A stretch of 64,000 bases of DNA from Mobula hypostoma. Lineage: Eukaryota. The translations under genes were made by a program, and so were the position numbers. The notes below the pieces were generated by a model. It made no database searches and was not told the DNA's origin. It saw nothing but the letters and a program-made list of their open reading frames with translations. Location: positions 206,958,001 through 207,022,000 of the forward strand of contig NC_086097.1 in assembly GCF_963921235.1 (NCBI RefSeq). Direction: 5' to 3'. Shown here one piece after another: positions 1-13,149 of this stretch. Position 1 is the stretch's first letter. Each line of letters opens with the position of its first letter.

Positions 1-2790
1 ACCTAGGTAGCCTTCATGAATTTTCCCAAGCATTACTTTTTGGAGACTTTTAGGAATCACAATTCAGCTACCTTTGTGCAATATCCAATCCACAACAGAA
101 AGTTCTGATCTGTGGTTCCAATATTCTTGTACTTCTGAGGTACAGTCATGCTTATTATCTGGACATCCATCCATCACCACTTGTATTACCTGACTGAGAA
201 TTTTGTCCTTCTCTGTCTCAAGACTCAGCAGTTTCAACTTTTCAGCAGAAACAGGTACAGTCTCTGTGATCATATCAACAAATGCCTGAACATCAACAGC
301 ATCCCTGTGAATGTCTTTTGTTGTTGGATCTACAGCTCTGGAAAGTGTGTCAGCCATGTACATGAATTTTCCAGGTGTGTATGACACATTCAATGCATAC
401 CTTTGCAATTTGATCATCATTCGCTGAATTCGCAAAGGACAGTCACTTAAAGGTTTGCCAAACAATTCAATCAGAGGCTTATGATCAGTTTCAACATCAA
501 TAGATTGCCCTGACACAAACTGATGTAATCTCTCTCAAGCAAACATAATGCTGAGCAATTCTTTTTCAATGTGGGCATACCTTGTTTCTGGATCAGATAA
601 TGAACGAGGTGCATATGTCACTGGTAGCCATTCCTGATCATGTTTCTGGAGTAATACTGCCCCTAAGCCTGCTTGAGATGCATCACATGAAATTTTGTTG
701 GGTCTCTCAGCATCATAGAATTTCAACACAAGTTCTTTAGTGAGCACTTTCTTAAGATTTTGCCATGCCTTCTCCTGTTCATGATTCTAGTTCCATTCAT
801 TTTTCTTTTCTGTTAGCTGCTCAGTGGAGCAAGCTGTTCTGAAAGATTGGGTATGAATTTTCCCATGTAGTTGACCAATCCCATAAACCTTTGAACATCC
901 TTTTTAAATTGCGGTCTTGGCATGTTCTCGATAGCAGAAACCTTCAATGGATAAGGACACACACCCGCCTTGCTGATGATATCACCCACAGAGTTAAGTT
1001 CAGTCACTCCTAGCTGACATTTGTCTTTATTCAACTTCAGGTTTGCCTTGCATGTTGCCTCTAAGACTTGTCCAAGTCTGGCATCATGCTCTTGTTTAGA
1101 TGATCCCCAATCAATAATATTGTCCATGGATGTATCCACGCTCTCAATTTGCTCATATAGCATGTGAATGGTTTTGTGGTACACTTCAGGAGCTGATGTA
1201 ATTCCAAACAGAAGCCTAAGAAAACAGTATCTAGCAAAAGGAGTGTTAAAGGTACACAACTTTGAACTCGGTTCATCTAGTTCAAGTTGCCAGAATCCAG
1301 AGGATGCATCTAATTTACTATGTATTAGCAAACTGTGACATAATTCTTCATGAGTAGGCAATTTGAAATTCTCTCTTTTAATGGCTTGATTCAAGGCTCC
1401 TGGATCTACACAAATCCTCAGTTTTCCACTTTTCTTATCAACAATAACAAGCAAATTGACCCATTCAGTCGGTTCAATTTTTGGTATGACTCCTAACCGT
1501 TCCATCTGTCAAGCTCTGTTTTCAGTTGATCACGTAATGCAAAAGGTATTCTTCTACATGGGTGTACTACGGGTGGCACTGTGTTGTCAAATTTAATCGT
1601 GTGCTCTCCTGGAAGACAATCAAGCCCTTTGAACAAGTCCTCATACTCTTTCATCAAGTCACTGTATTCTGACTCTGTGTTACAGTCCAGAACTAATACT
1701 CTGCACCTGAATACTCAGTCACTTTTATATTTGTCTGATGTAACTTTGGTCTAGGCTTTAATGCGTTAAACTCAGATTCTGCAAGAACATTTACTTGTGC
1801 TCCAGTATCAAGTTTAAACAGAATATTGTTTTGGTTCACTTGCAATGAAATAGTCCAATCATTCATACTTCGTTTGTTTTCACAAAGCACATCTATATAA
1901 ACCTCCTCACATTCATTTTCAAGCACTGGATTTACATGTTTTATTTCCTTTCTACTTCTGCAACAACGTGAAAAATGATTACTCTTACCACAGGTGTTCC
2001 ACATTTTCCGATACGCTGGACACTTTTTTAGGTGATGTTGCTGCCCACAGTGATCACACAATTTTTTTCTCTCAGATGATGTCTTACTGTCAGCTTCATT
2101 GTCGCTGCATTATTTTTTCTAATATGTTCGTGCTTTACAGCGTCTACGCAGCCGTTCTTAATAAAGAGCTATTTAGCCTGTGACATCACGGTCTCAGAAG
2201 CTTTGCAGAGTGCCACAGCTTCTTCCAAATTCAAATCTTGTTCTAACAGTCTTTCTCTCAGATCATTATCCAGAATGCTGCAAACAATTCTGTCTTTAAT
2301 GAGAGAGGCCATAAGCTCTGCAAACTTGCATCTTTTACTGTGGTTTCTCAACTCCATAACAAATTGATCAATCATTTGACCAGGTCTCTGCTGACATTTG
2401 AAAAATTTATAGCGTTCATACGTCACGCTACGCTTCAGTATACAAAATGCATCAAATTTGTCAATTATCGCTTTTAGGTTCAAATTATCTCCATTTTCAA
2501 AAGTAAAATGGTTATATACCTCAATTGCGTCATCCCCTATTACGTGGAGTAGAATTGCAGCTTTCATTTTTTCTGTTTTATTATCTGCTCCGATCGCCGA
2601 TAAATAAATTTCAAAACGCTGTTCAAATCTTTTCCAGTTTTCAGCTACGTTTCCAGTCAGCTGAAGCATCGATGGGGGTTGCAAAACTTCCATTTTTAAA
2701 GCTGTTAGCAAACAACCAAAAAGATTGCGCTTTTTTTCGATTATCTTCGCTTCTCCCGTGTTAGCGAAATGTATTATTCTCCTAGACTGA
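1..2790 (-). mobile_element. Ty3/Gypsy family A, copy 1: decayed gag-pol (gag, Zn knuckle, protease, RT, RNase H), running off the left window edge
   Basis: ORFs 2169-2711 gag (LQLTGNVAENWKRF), 1693-2061 CCHC plus FKLDTGAQVN protease, 813-1505 RT (KLDASSGFWQ, FGITSAPEVY), 535-747 RNase H (SCDASQAGLGAVL), 64-516 (ETDHKPL); multiple frameshifts. Confidence 0.95.
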
Positions 2791-2963
2791 CTTCTAACAC
2801 CATGTTGTGCTCTTTATACATACCGTGGGTTGCTAAGAACAAACCATATTCTGGAAGAATTAAAACTAGAACTTTTATTTACAACAGCAAACAGCAACCA
2901 CGTTTTCACCGTACAGTTTCTAGATCATTCTATCATTTCTGCGCATGCACAGAACTCTGTCCA
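2791..2963 (-). repeat. Gypsy A LTR (2803-2963, first ~35 bp missing) followed by primer-binding site TGGTGTTAGAAG (2791-2802)
   Basis: Minus strand reads ...GCACAACA|TGGTGTTAGAAG; the LTR matches the copy at 28885-29083. Confidence 0.9.
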
Positions 2964-5690
2964 TTCAGGTTTGCCTTGCATGTTGCCTCTAAGACTTGTC
3001 TAAGTCTGGCATCATGCTCTTGTTTAGATGATCCCCAAACAATAATATTGTCCATGGATGTATCTACGCCCTCAATTTGCTCATATAGCATGTGAATGGT
3101 TTTATGGTACATTTCAGGAGCTGATGCAATTCCAAACGGAAGCCTAAAAAAACCATATCTAGCAAAAGGAGTGTTAAAGGTGCACAACTTTAAACTCGGT
3201 TCATCTAATTTAAGTTGCCAGAATCCAGAGGATGCATCTAATTTACTAAAGTACTTTGCATTAGCAAACTATGACATAATTTCTTCACGAGTAGGCAATT
3301 TGAAATGCTCTCTTTTAATGGTTCAATTCAAGTCTCTTGGATCTAAGCAAATCCTCAGTTTTCCATTTTTCTTCTCAACAATGACAAGCGAATTGACCCA
3401 TTCAGTCGGTTCATCAAGTTTTTTTATGACTCCGAGCCGTTCCAGTCTGTCAAGCTCTGTTTTTAGTTGATGACGTAATGCAAAAGGTACTTTTCTACAT
3501 GGATGTACTACAGGTGGCACTGTGTTGTCAATTTTAATTGTGTGCTCACCTGGAAGACAACCAAGCCCTTTGAACAAGTCCTCATGCTCTTTCATCGAGT
3601 CACTGTATTCTGACTCTGTGTCACTGTCCAGGACTAAGATTCTTTTCACCAAATTCAGTCTCTCACAGGCAGATAAACCCAGTATTGACTGTACATTCCT
3701 TGGCACCACCACAAATGAAAGTATGTGCACAATATTTTTGTGTGATGCTTTTGCCGCACATGTTCCTTTAACTGGAATGTCTGCACCTGAATACCCAGTC
3801 ACTTTTATATTTGTCTCATATAACTTTGGTCTCAGCTTTAATGCACTAAACTCAGGTTCTGCAAGAATATTTACTTGTGCTCCAGTATCAAGTTTAAACA
3901 GAATATTGTTTTGGTTCACTTGCAATGGAATAGTCCATTCATTCTTAGTGTATTTGTTTTCACAAAGCACATCTATACAAAACTCCTCAAGTTCACCTTC
4001 AAGCACTGCATTTATGTGTTTTATTTCATTTCTACTTCTGCAACAGCATGAAAAATGATTACTCTTACAGCAGTCGTTGCACATTTTCCCATACATTGGA
4101 CACTGTTTGGCCGATGCCGCTGCCCACAGCAATCACATAGCTTTTTTCACTCAGATGTCGTCTTTCTCTCTGTCGGTTTTGTTGTTGATTTATTATTTTT
4201 TCTAATATGTTCGCGGTTCCTCACAGTGTCTACATTGCAGTTCTCACTGAAAGGTTCTTTAGCCTATGACGTCACGGTTTCCGAAGCTTTGCAGAGCATC
4301 AAAACGTTTTCCAAGTCTAAGGCTACGTCCACACTAGACTGGATAATTTTGAAAACGCCAGTTTCACGTAAAAACGACAGGCGTCCACACTAAGTGTTTT
4401 AAAAAATACCTCTATCCACATTAAAACGGGTATTTGGGTGAACCTCCTCCTACTGGGCATGTGCAGGGCATACAGAAAGCAAGCAAAGAGGAAATGGTAA
4501 ACTTGGTGCGCGTTTGTCCAGTTACAGACTAGAAAAACTTAAAAGGAAATTGCCAAACAAAAGACATGGTGTACGTTTGTCCAGAAATATTTCCTACAGC
4601 CATAGTCTCTTCACCGATGAAAGGGATTACAGCTACAACTAAATGCAATAAGGCTTGTTACTGAGCAAAGGTGAAATTTGCTGTTACCTTTTTTTTTTGC
4701 CTTTACTTTTGCCATGTCTTTGTGTATTATTTTGCTGTATTTAACATGTGCAATGAAACGAGTTACTGGGCAAAAGTGACAATTGCACCTATTGAATGTT
4801 TGCACAAGCAATACATTAATAAAGCACCTTCTTAAATGTATAAAACATGTCTGCATCAGTGTTATCTTGTATTTTCATACAATGTTACATTAGGCTGTTA
4901 CATATCTATTGTCAGATATTGTTGTGGTGTTAAGAAAACAATGAAATGCCGCGCTGTTGCCACCATTTGTTCCGGCATATCATGACAGCGGTTTTAAAAA
5001 TAGCCAGTTACCCCCAGATATTAGGCGTTCTCAGATTTATTCACTCTGGAGAGCGTTTCTGAAAATCTAAATTTTCGGGGGAGGAAAACGCTGTTTCAGT
5101 GTGGACGGAGGGTCAAAACGAAGAGAAAAAGCTTCGGTTGTGGATTTATCCAGTCTAGTGTGGACGTAGCCTAAGTCTTGTTCTCTTAACAGTCTTTCTT
5201 TCAGACCTTTATCCTGAATGCCACAAACATTTCTGTCTTTAATGAGAGAGTCTGTCAGTTCCCCAAACTCGCATGTTTTACTCCAGTGTCTCAATTCCGT
5301 AAGGTACTAATCAATCGTTTCACCAGCTCTCTACGCACATGTAAAAAACATTTGCCTCTCGTACGTCACATTACACTTCATTATACAAAATGCTTCAAGT
5401 TTGTCCATTATTGATTCCAACTTTAAATTATCTCCATTTTCAAAAATAAAATGATTATATACCTTGATTGCATTGTCACCTATTACATGGAGTAGAAGCG
5501 CAGCTTTCCTTTTTATCCAGTTTTCCATCTGCTTCGATCACAGATAAAAACAATTCAAAATGTTGCTTAAATTTTCTCCTGTTCTCAGCTGCGTTCGCAG
5601 ACAATTGAAGTGTCGGTGTAGGCTGTAAACCTTCCATTTGTAAAACAGTCTGCTTTGATGCAGGCCCATTTAACATAACACCAGTGTCTA
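2964..5690 (-). mobile_element. Gypsy family A, copy 2: gag, protease and RT N-terminal half, interrupted by a MITE
   Basis: ORF 3323-4132 (FKLDTGAQVN, RKVPFAL, WVNSLVIVEKKNGKLRICLDPRDLN), ORF 2933-3187 RT, gag pieces 5172-5640; 2964-3620 closely matches 1036-1695. Confidence 0.93.
4321..5171. mobile_element. Non-autonomous PIF/Harbinger-type MITE inserted in gag
   Basis: Terminal inverted repeats GGCTACGTCCACACTAGACTGGATAA / TTATCCAGTCTAGTGTGGACGTAGCC; TAA on both flanks; removing the element restores gag QDLDLE. Confidence 0.9.
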
Positions 5691-5791
5691 ACATTGCATC
5701 TCTTGAAGTATCAGCCTCATGCTGTGAGCCAGCAGTCTGTGTTCTATAGACAGTCCTGTTTGTTTGCAAAGCTATTCTTTTAACTTACATT

Positions 5792-5940
5792 CACAAATGC
5801 TGAAGGAACTCAACAGATCAGGCTGCATCTATGGAGAGGACCTTCTGAGTCGAGACCCATCATCAGATGCTGCCTGACCTGCTGAATTCCACTAGCATTT
5901 TGTGTTTGTTACTCTGGATTTTCAGTATCTGCAGAGTCTC
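5792..5940. repeat. Head-to-head pair of Penelope pseudo-LTR fragments
   Basis: AAATGCTGAAGGAACTCAACAG... and its inverted copy ...CTGCTGAATTCCACTAGCATTTTGTG; same repeat as the 3' end of the Penelope at 20480-20578. Confidence 0.75.
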
Positions 5941-6309
5941 TTATATTTATTGAGAGTGCTGTTAAATAACATTACCTACCAATAGCTAGCTCACTCATGC
6001 TCAACTTGGATCATGCCAGGAAAACTTGGTCCCAGACATCGTTGTTTCCTTGATCCAAATGTGGAAACGAAAACAAGGATTACAGAGATGAGATGTGCAT
6101 GCTGCCCAACGTATCAATGCAGCATTTGATTGAGTGTGCTATCAGTGAGTTCTAATGAAGTGTTTTCAAATGAGACACAGTATCTGTCCAAAACAGAATC
6201 TCAGTCCAGCAGGCAGCTGTGGCAGGACTTACACAGTATAACTGGTTACAAAATGAAGCTAGGCAACCATTGCTGACAGCAGTTATTCATTCCCAAAGAG
6301 CATAACACA

Positions 6310-6585
6310 TTCTATGCATGGTTTCCTTCCTGGGTTACGTTCTTTCAACCCAAGGCATAACCATGGACTCAGAGAAGCCATTGTTGAAATGCCCCGACCA
6401 CACTCCCTCACTCAGACAACGAAAGCACTTCTTGGGCTTCTCCAACCGCTATCGCAGTTCATCAGAAACTACAGCCAAATCGCTGCTCCTCGCATCTCCA
6501 TTACCAAGTCGCCTACATCATGGATAAACTGATCTGCTGCCGTGGACCAAGCTTTCAAGGAGCTCAAGAGATTCTCATCAACAAT
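6310..6585 (+). pseudogene. Gypsy (chromovirus-like) RT/connection remnant
   Basis: VSFLGYVLS, HFLGFSNRYR and FIRNYSQIAAP motifs. Confidence 0.8.
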
Positions 6586-6589
6586 GAAT

Positions 6590-7347
6590 ATAGAACATAG
6601 AAATAACAGCACATTACAGACCCTTTGGCCCACAGTGTTCTGCCGACCATGCAACCTACTCTAGAAACTGCCTAGAATTTCCCTCAGCATAGCCCTCTAT
6701 TTTTCTAAGCACCATTTACCTATCTGAGTCCCTTTAAAGACTCTGTTGTATACTCCTCTACCACTGTCACTGGCAGTGCATTCCATGCACTCAGAACTCC
6801 ATGTGTGAAAAACTTACCTCTGACATCCCCCTTGTACCTTCTTCATAGCACCTTAAAACTATTCCCCCATCATGTTAGCCATTTCAGCCCTGGGAAAAAG
6901 CCTTTGGTAATCCACATATCAATGGCTCTCATCATCTTATAAACCTCTATCAAGTCACCTCTCAGCCTCCGTCGCTCCAAGGAGAAAAGGCCAAGTTTTC
7001 ACTCAACCTATTCTCTTAAGGTATGCTCTCCAATCCAGACAACATCCTTGTAAATCTCCTCTGCACTCTCTCTATGGTATCCACATCCTTCCTGCAGTGA
7101 GGTGACCAGAACTGAACACAGTACTCCAAGTGGGGTCTGACTAAGGTCTTATATGGCCATAACGTTACCTCACAGCTCGAACTCAAACCCACAGTTGATG
7201 AAGGCCAATACACAATACATTTCCTCAACAACACTGTCAACCTGCGTAGCAGCTTTGTGTGTCGACACCAAACCCGAGATCTTGCTGATCCTCCACACTG
7301 CCAAGTGTCTTACCATTAATATTATATTCTGTCTTCAAGTTTGACCT
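6590..7347 (-). mobile_element. CR1 LINE 3' fragment
   Basis: YKTLVRPHLEYCVQFWSPH...ERVQRRFTRML; TTCTATGTTCT tail. Confidence 0.92.
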
Positions 7348-7354
7348 ACTGAAT

Positions 7355-8180
7355 TTAGAAACAAAGAAACATAGAAAACCTACAGCACAATACAGGCCCT
7401 TCAGCCCACAAAGCTGTGCCGAACATGTCCTTACCATAGAACTACCTATGCTTACCCATAGCCCTCTATTTGTCTAAGCTCCATGTATCCATCCAGGAGT
7501 CTCTTAAAAGACCCTATCATTTCCACCTCCACCACCGCCGATGGCAGCTCATTCCATGCACTCACCACTCTTTAAGTAAAAAATTTACACCTGACATCTC
7601 CTCTGTACTTACGTCCAAGCACCTTAAAACTATGTCCTCTCGTGCTAGCCATTTCAACCCTGGGAAAAAGCCTCTGACTATCCACACGATCAATGCCTCT
7701 CATTATCTTGTACACATCTATCAGGTCACCTCTCATCCTCCATCGCTCCAAGGAGAAAAGGCCGAATTCACTCAACCTATTTTTATAAGGCATGCTCCCC
7801 AATCCAGGCAACATCTTTGTAAATCTCCTCTGCACCCTTTCTATGGTTTCCATGTTCTTCCTGTAGTGAGGCGACCAGAATTAAGCAGAGTACTTCTGAC
7901 CTGGGTCCTATATAGCTGCAACATTACCTCTAGGCTCTTAAACTCAATTCCACGATTGATGAAGGCCAATGCACTGTATGCCTGCTTAACCACAGAGTCA
8001 ACCTGCTTTGAGTGTCCTATGGACTCGGACCCCAAGATCCCTCTGATCCTCCACACTACTAAGAGTCTTGACATTAATGCTATATTCTGCCATCATATTT
8101 GACCTATCAAAATGAAGTACTTCACACTTATCTGGGTTGAACTCTATCTACCACTTCTCAGCCCAGTTTTGCATCCTATC
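7355..8180 (-). mobile_element. CR1 LINE 3' fragment
   Basis: ORF 7572-7853 (ERVQRRFTKMLPG, MRGDLIDVYKIM, TRGHSFK); CTATGTTT tail. Confidence 0.92.
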
Positions 8181-8184
8181 AATA

Positions 8185-9515
8185 GTGTCAGGGAATATTG
8201 AAACTTAATGGGTGGGGTTAAGCAACTGCAAGAGTAAAAATAAAACTCCACTCTTTAAGAAGGAAAGAAGGCAAAAGGAAGGAAATTATACACCAGTTAA
8301 CCTAACCTCAGTGGTTGGGAAGGTGTTGGAGTCTATTATTAAGGATGAGGTTTCAGGGTACTTGGAGACTAATGATAAAGTAAGTCAAAGTCAGCATGGT
8401 TTCTGTCAAGGGAAATCTTGCCTGACAAATCCGTAACAGTTTTTCAAGGAAGTAATGAGTAGAGTGGACAAAGCAGAGGCAGTGGATGTCACTAGGCATT
8501 TGATAAGGTGCCACACATGAGGCTGCTTCACAAGATAGAATACCATGGCATTACAGGAAAGATACTGGCATGGATAGAGGAATGGCTGACAAGCAGGAGA
8601 CAGCAAGTGGGAATAAAGTACGACCTTTCTGGTTGCCTGCCAGTGATTAGTGGTGTTCCTCAGGGGTCAGTATTGGGACCATTACTTTTCACTTTGTCAA
8701 TGATTTAGGTAGTGCAATTGATGGCTTTGAGGGAAAGTTAACGGATGATGCAAAGATAGGTGGAAGGGTAGGTAGTGCTGAGGAAGAGAAATAGGAAGAA
8801 TGGGCAAATAAGTGGCAGATGGAATACAGTGTTGGGTAATGTCTGATAATGCATTTTGGTAAAAGGAACAAAAGTACAGACTATTATCTAAATGGGGATA
8901 AGGTTAAAACATCTGTGTTAAAGAAGACAAATATAATGTTGGAATATAAATCAAGGAGACTTGTCAGGCCACATCTGGAATATTGTCAACAGTTTTGGGC
9001 CCCATATCTCAGAACGGGTGTGTTGTCATTGTAGAGAGTCCAGAAGTTCACGAGGATGTTCCAGATATGAAGGGGTATTCATATGAGAAACATTTGGGCC
9101 TGTACTTACTGGAACTTAGAAGAATGTGGGAGGGAAACCTTCTGGATGTTGAAAGGACTAGATAAGCTAGATATGGAGAGGATGTGTCCTCTGGCAGGGG
9201 TGTCCAAAACTAGAGGGCACAGTCTCAAAATTGAGTGTCGACCCTTTCGAACAGAGATAAAGAGGAATTTTTTAGCAAGAGAGTTGTGAATCTGTAGACT
9301 GCTCTGCCACAAACAGCTATGGAACCAAGCCCATGGGTAGATTTAAAGTGAAAATTGATAGTTTCCTGATTGTTCAGGGCTTCAAAGTTTATAGCAAGAA
9401 GGCAGGTGTATGGGGTTGAGTGGGATTTGGGATCAGCCATGATGGAATGACAGAGCAAATGCAATGGGCTGAATGGCCTAATTCTCCTCCTATCCCTTAT
9501 GGTCTTATGGTCTTA
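8185..9515 (+). mobile_element. CR1 LINE, decayed RT to 3' end
   Basis: GNYTPVNLTSVVGK, QHGF, SGVPQGSVLGPLLF, RPHLEYC; CTTATGGT tail. Confidence 0.92.
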
Positions 9516-10509
9516 TATTTTTCTTTGGTCGGCCAGCTGTGCAACATACATGAATATCCATCACTGTGCTTAAGAATGTCCAAAACAAACAATTGAAGAA
9601 TCTACAAAATAGTTTCTGTTTGCCAAACAGACTGCTAAATGTTTCCCTGCAGCAAAATAATCCACTTATCCCAGAACAGCTTTACAGGAATTTAAGCTTT
9701 GGAACCCTTCAATATATGTGTGGCCTCAAGAGTTGAACTAGCTTAAACTGTGTTGATCACTGTTCAAATATAACAAGGCATGAGTTTGTAAAGTGGTCTA
9801 TGAATACTCTAATGTATTCCAATCACCTAGATGAATTTAATGCAGTCATATGATAAGATCACAGAACCTGACATTCAGATGGCACTGGCGATATACAGAG
9901 ACATTTTGCAGGCAGCTCACAAAACTACTAGATATACTTCTTCTGAATTACGATCACTGCAACTTGCAGCCTATCCTAACTTCTCTCGAACATTGCAATC
10001 GAGCTCGCATAAACCACTTGTCCTAGCAGATCATTCCGACTCTCACAGCCCTCTGAGTGAAGAAGTTTCCCCTCATGTTCCCCTTAAACTTCTCACCTTT
10101 CACTCTTAACCCAGGACCTCTGGTTGTAGTCCCACCCAACCTCAGTGGAAAAAGCCTGAGCACCTTGAGTTGTTGAGCAGACAGGAGCAACTTGGAAACT
10201 TAACAAGCATTTACTCTAGTTCAGATTTGGTGGAACATTAGCAGGGCTGTGTGGAATCATACAGCACAGAACAAGGGGCAGCCAAACCATTGTACCGATT
10301 CACATTCATCCTATCTACTCACGTTTGGTTTGTAGCCTTCTTTGTCATAGTGATTCAAACACTTGTCTTGAAGCTTCTTAAATGATAGGAGAGTATTTGC
10401 CTTCACCACCTCCTTAGATTCAAATAATCACTACACCAAAATAATTCCTCTGTAGATGTACTACCTCTCACCTTACACCTACTGTATGTCCACTTTGTTT
10501 TACATAGTG

Positions 10510-11313
10510 CCATCACAAGAGTGAGGAGGATGTTATGAGAATGCAGGGTGACTTGGACAGGCTGGGTGAGTGGGCAGATGCATGGCAGATGCAGTTTAAT
10601 GTGGATAAATGTGAGGTTATCACTTTGGTGGTAAGAACAGGAAGGCAGATTATTATCTAAATGGAGTCAAGTTAGGAAAAGGGGAAGCACAACGAGGAGC
10701 AGGGAGGTACTACTGCAGTTGTACAAGGCCTTGGTGAGACCACACCTGGAGTATTGTGTGCAATTTTGGTCCCCTAATCTGAGGAAAGGCATCCTTGCCA
10801 TAGAGGGAGTACAAAGAAGGTTCACCAGATTGATTCCTGGAATGGCAGGACTTTCATATGAAGAAAGACTGGATGAACTGTGCTTGTACTCGTTGGAATT
10901 TAGAAGACTGAGGGGGGATCTGATTGAAACGTATAAAATCCTAAAGGGATTGGACAAGCTAGATGCAGGAAGATTGTTCCCGATGTTAGGGAAGTCCAGA
11001 ACGAGGGGTCACAGTTTGAGGATAAAGGCGAAGCCTTTTAGGACTGAGATTAGGAAAAACTTCTTCACACAGAGAGTGGTGAATCTGTGGAATTCTCTGC
11101 CGCAGGAAACAGTTGAGGCCAGTTCATTGGCTATGTTTAAGAGGGAGTTAAATATGGCCCTTGTGGCTAGGGGGATCAGAGGGTATGGAGGGAAGGCTGG
11201 TGCAGGGTTCTGAGTTGGATGATCAGCCATGATCATAATAAATGGCGGTGCAGGCTCGAAGGGCCAAATGGCCTACTCCTGCACCTATTTTCTATGTTTT
11301 CTATGTTTTCTAT
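10510..11313 (+). mobile_element. CR1 LINE 3' fragment
   Basis: ORF 10719-11213 is a CR1 ORF2 C-terminus; (TCTATGTTT)n tail. Confidence 0.93.
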
Positions 11314-11929
11314 GATTTCCCTTTAAGTAGCTTATTTTTGAATTGTCTAAATGAACTAGCAATTTTACCAGCTCGTGAAGGATTCAGTGAACTTGACTCT
11401 CAGGAATGCAGGTACAGCACCTTGAAACCAACAAAGGTCGGCCGTCGCCGGGGCTGACTTCAAGACAGATTAAAGTGTTGAGACCCAAGAGCAAAAAAAA
11501 ACAAACTGGTATTTACTCTACTATTCCATGTCTGCCAAGATCGCCACCCCCCCCCGCCCACTCCACCTGAACCCATCCGGTCTGCTTGCGTTTAACTCGT
11601 TTCCTTCTCTTTTCGCAAGTATCATCAGGCGAGAGGTCAGTAGTCCTGGGTCCCGCACTACCAGGTTCTGGAACAAGTGTTAACCTACAGCCATTGGGCT
11701 TCTGGACTACTGTGGGTGGCTTTAAATGCTTCAGTGCTGAACTAACTCCATAGCCTGTAGATTGACTTTCAGGGACGCTGCAACTCGAGTTCTTAGTAGT
11801 ACCCATTTACTTTTTTATTATTTGCATAATTTGTCCTCTTTTACACATTGGATGTTTGTTGGTCAAAGTTTAATTATTTATTGAGCTGCAGTGTGGAAAA
11901 GGTTTTTTCGTCCCTTCGAACCATTCTGC

Positions 11930-12403
11930 CCGACCTGAAACGTTGACTGTACTTCTTTCCATAGATGCTGCCTGGCCTGCTGAGTTCCTTCAGCATTTTG
12001 TGTGTGTTGCCCCCGAACAGCTGATAGGTATTTGCGGACATTTGCAGCTGTATAAGATGATGAGGGGCATTGATTGTGTGGATCGCCAGAGGCTTTCTCT
12101 CAGGGCTGAAATGGCTAACATGAGAGAGCATGGTTTTAAACTGCTTGGAAATAGGTACTGAGGGGATGTCAGGGGTAAGTTTTTCATACAGAGTTGTGGG
12201 TGTGTGGAATGTACTGCCGGTGGCGATGGTAGAAGCGGATACAATCGGGACTTTTAAGACCCTCTTAGATAGGTACATGGAGCTTAAAAAATAGGGGGCT
12301 ATGTGCTAGGGAAACTCTAGGCAATCTCTAGCGTAGGTTACTTGGTCGACACAACATTGTGGGCCGAAGGGCCTGTAATGTGCTGTAAATTTCTATGTTC
12401 TAT
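11930..12403 (+). mobile_element. Penelope pseudo-LTR fragment (11930-12010) followed by a CR1 3' end (12045-12403)
   Basis: CTGAAACGTTGACTG...GATGCTGCCTGGCCTGCTGAGTTCC; YKMMRGID and CTATGTT tail. Confidence 0.85.
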
Positions 12404-12434
12404 TTTCAACTCTTCCTGATTCAATTTGTGAGTC

Positions 12435-12980
12435 AAGTTTATTATCACTGACATACTGTATGCTATGAAACTTGTTTTTTGCAGTAGTACAATGCAAGAC
12501 ATCAAATTTACTTAAAGATAAATAAGTTGTGCAAAAGATGAATAACAAGGTAGTTTTCATGGGTTCATAGACTATTCAGTAATCTGGTGGCAGAGGGGAA
12601 AAAGCTGTTCCTCAAACATTGAGTGTGTGTCCTCAGATTTCTGTACCTCCTCCCTGATGGTAGTAAATGAAGATAGCATATCCCAAATAGTTCAAGTTCA
12701 AAGTAAAGTTCAAAATAAATTTAGTATCAAAGTACATACAGTAGATGTCACCTATACATTCCTGAGATTTGTTTTTTTTTGTGGGTATACCCAATAAATC
12801 CAAAAACCATAATACAATCAATGAAAGAGAGTACCCAGCAGGATGGACAATCCTGTTGGCCAGTGTCTTAAAAGACGATGCTGCCTTTTCGAGGCACTGT
12901 CTCTTGACGAAGTCGTCGATGGTTGGGAGGGTTGAGCCCATGATGGAACTGGCAGAGTGTACAATCCTCTACAGCCTCTT
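12435..12980 (-). mobile_element. Rex1/Babar-type LINE 3' fragment(s)
   Basis: MGSTLPTIDD...QCLEKAASS C-terminal motif; 3' UTR shared with 54335-54530 and 60560-60830. Confidence 0.65.
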
Positions 12981-13149
12981 GTGATTCCAAACAGAATCAT
13001 CTTCATCATACATCTGAGGTTTCCACTTCCTTTACCAAAACTTCTACCATCCCAGGACCCAAGAAAGGATAGGCAGCAACGTATCTGCCACAAATATCCC
13101 CAATTCTGCTCTAACTCCATCTACAAGTTTTTTGATATCACCATTGGGG

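Noticed and set aside
9831..10109. 92-aa ORF MNLMQSYDKITEPDIQ...
   Set aside because: No recognisable domain, its 3' part runs into an antisense CR1 fragment, and there is no convincing splice donor
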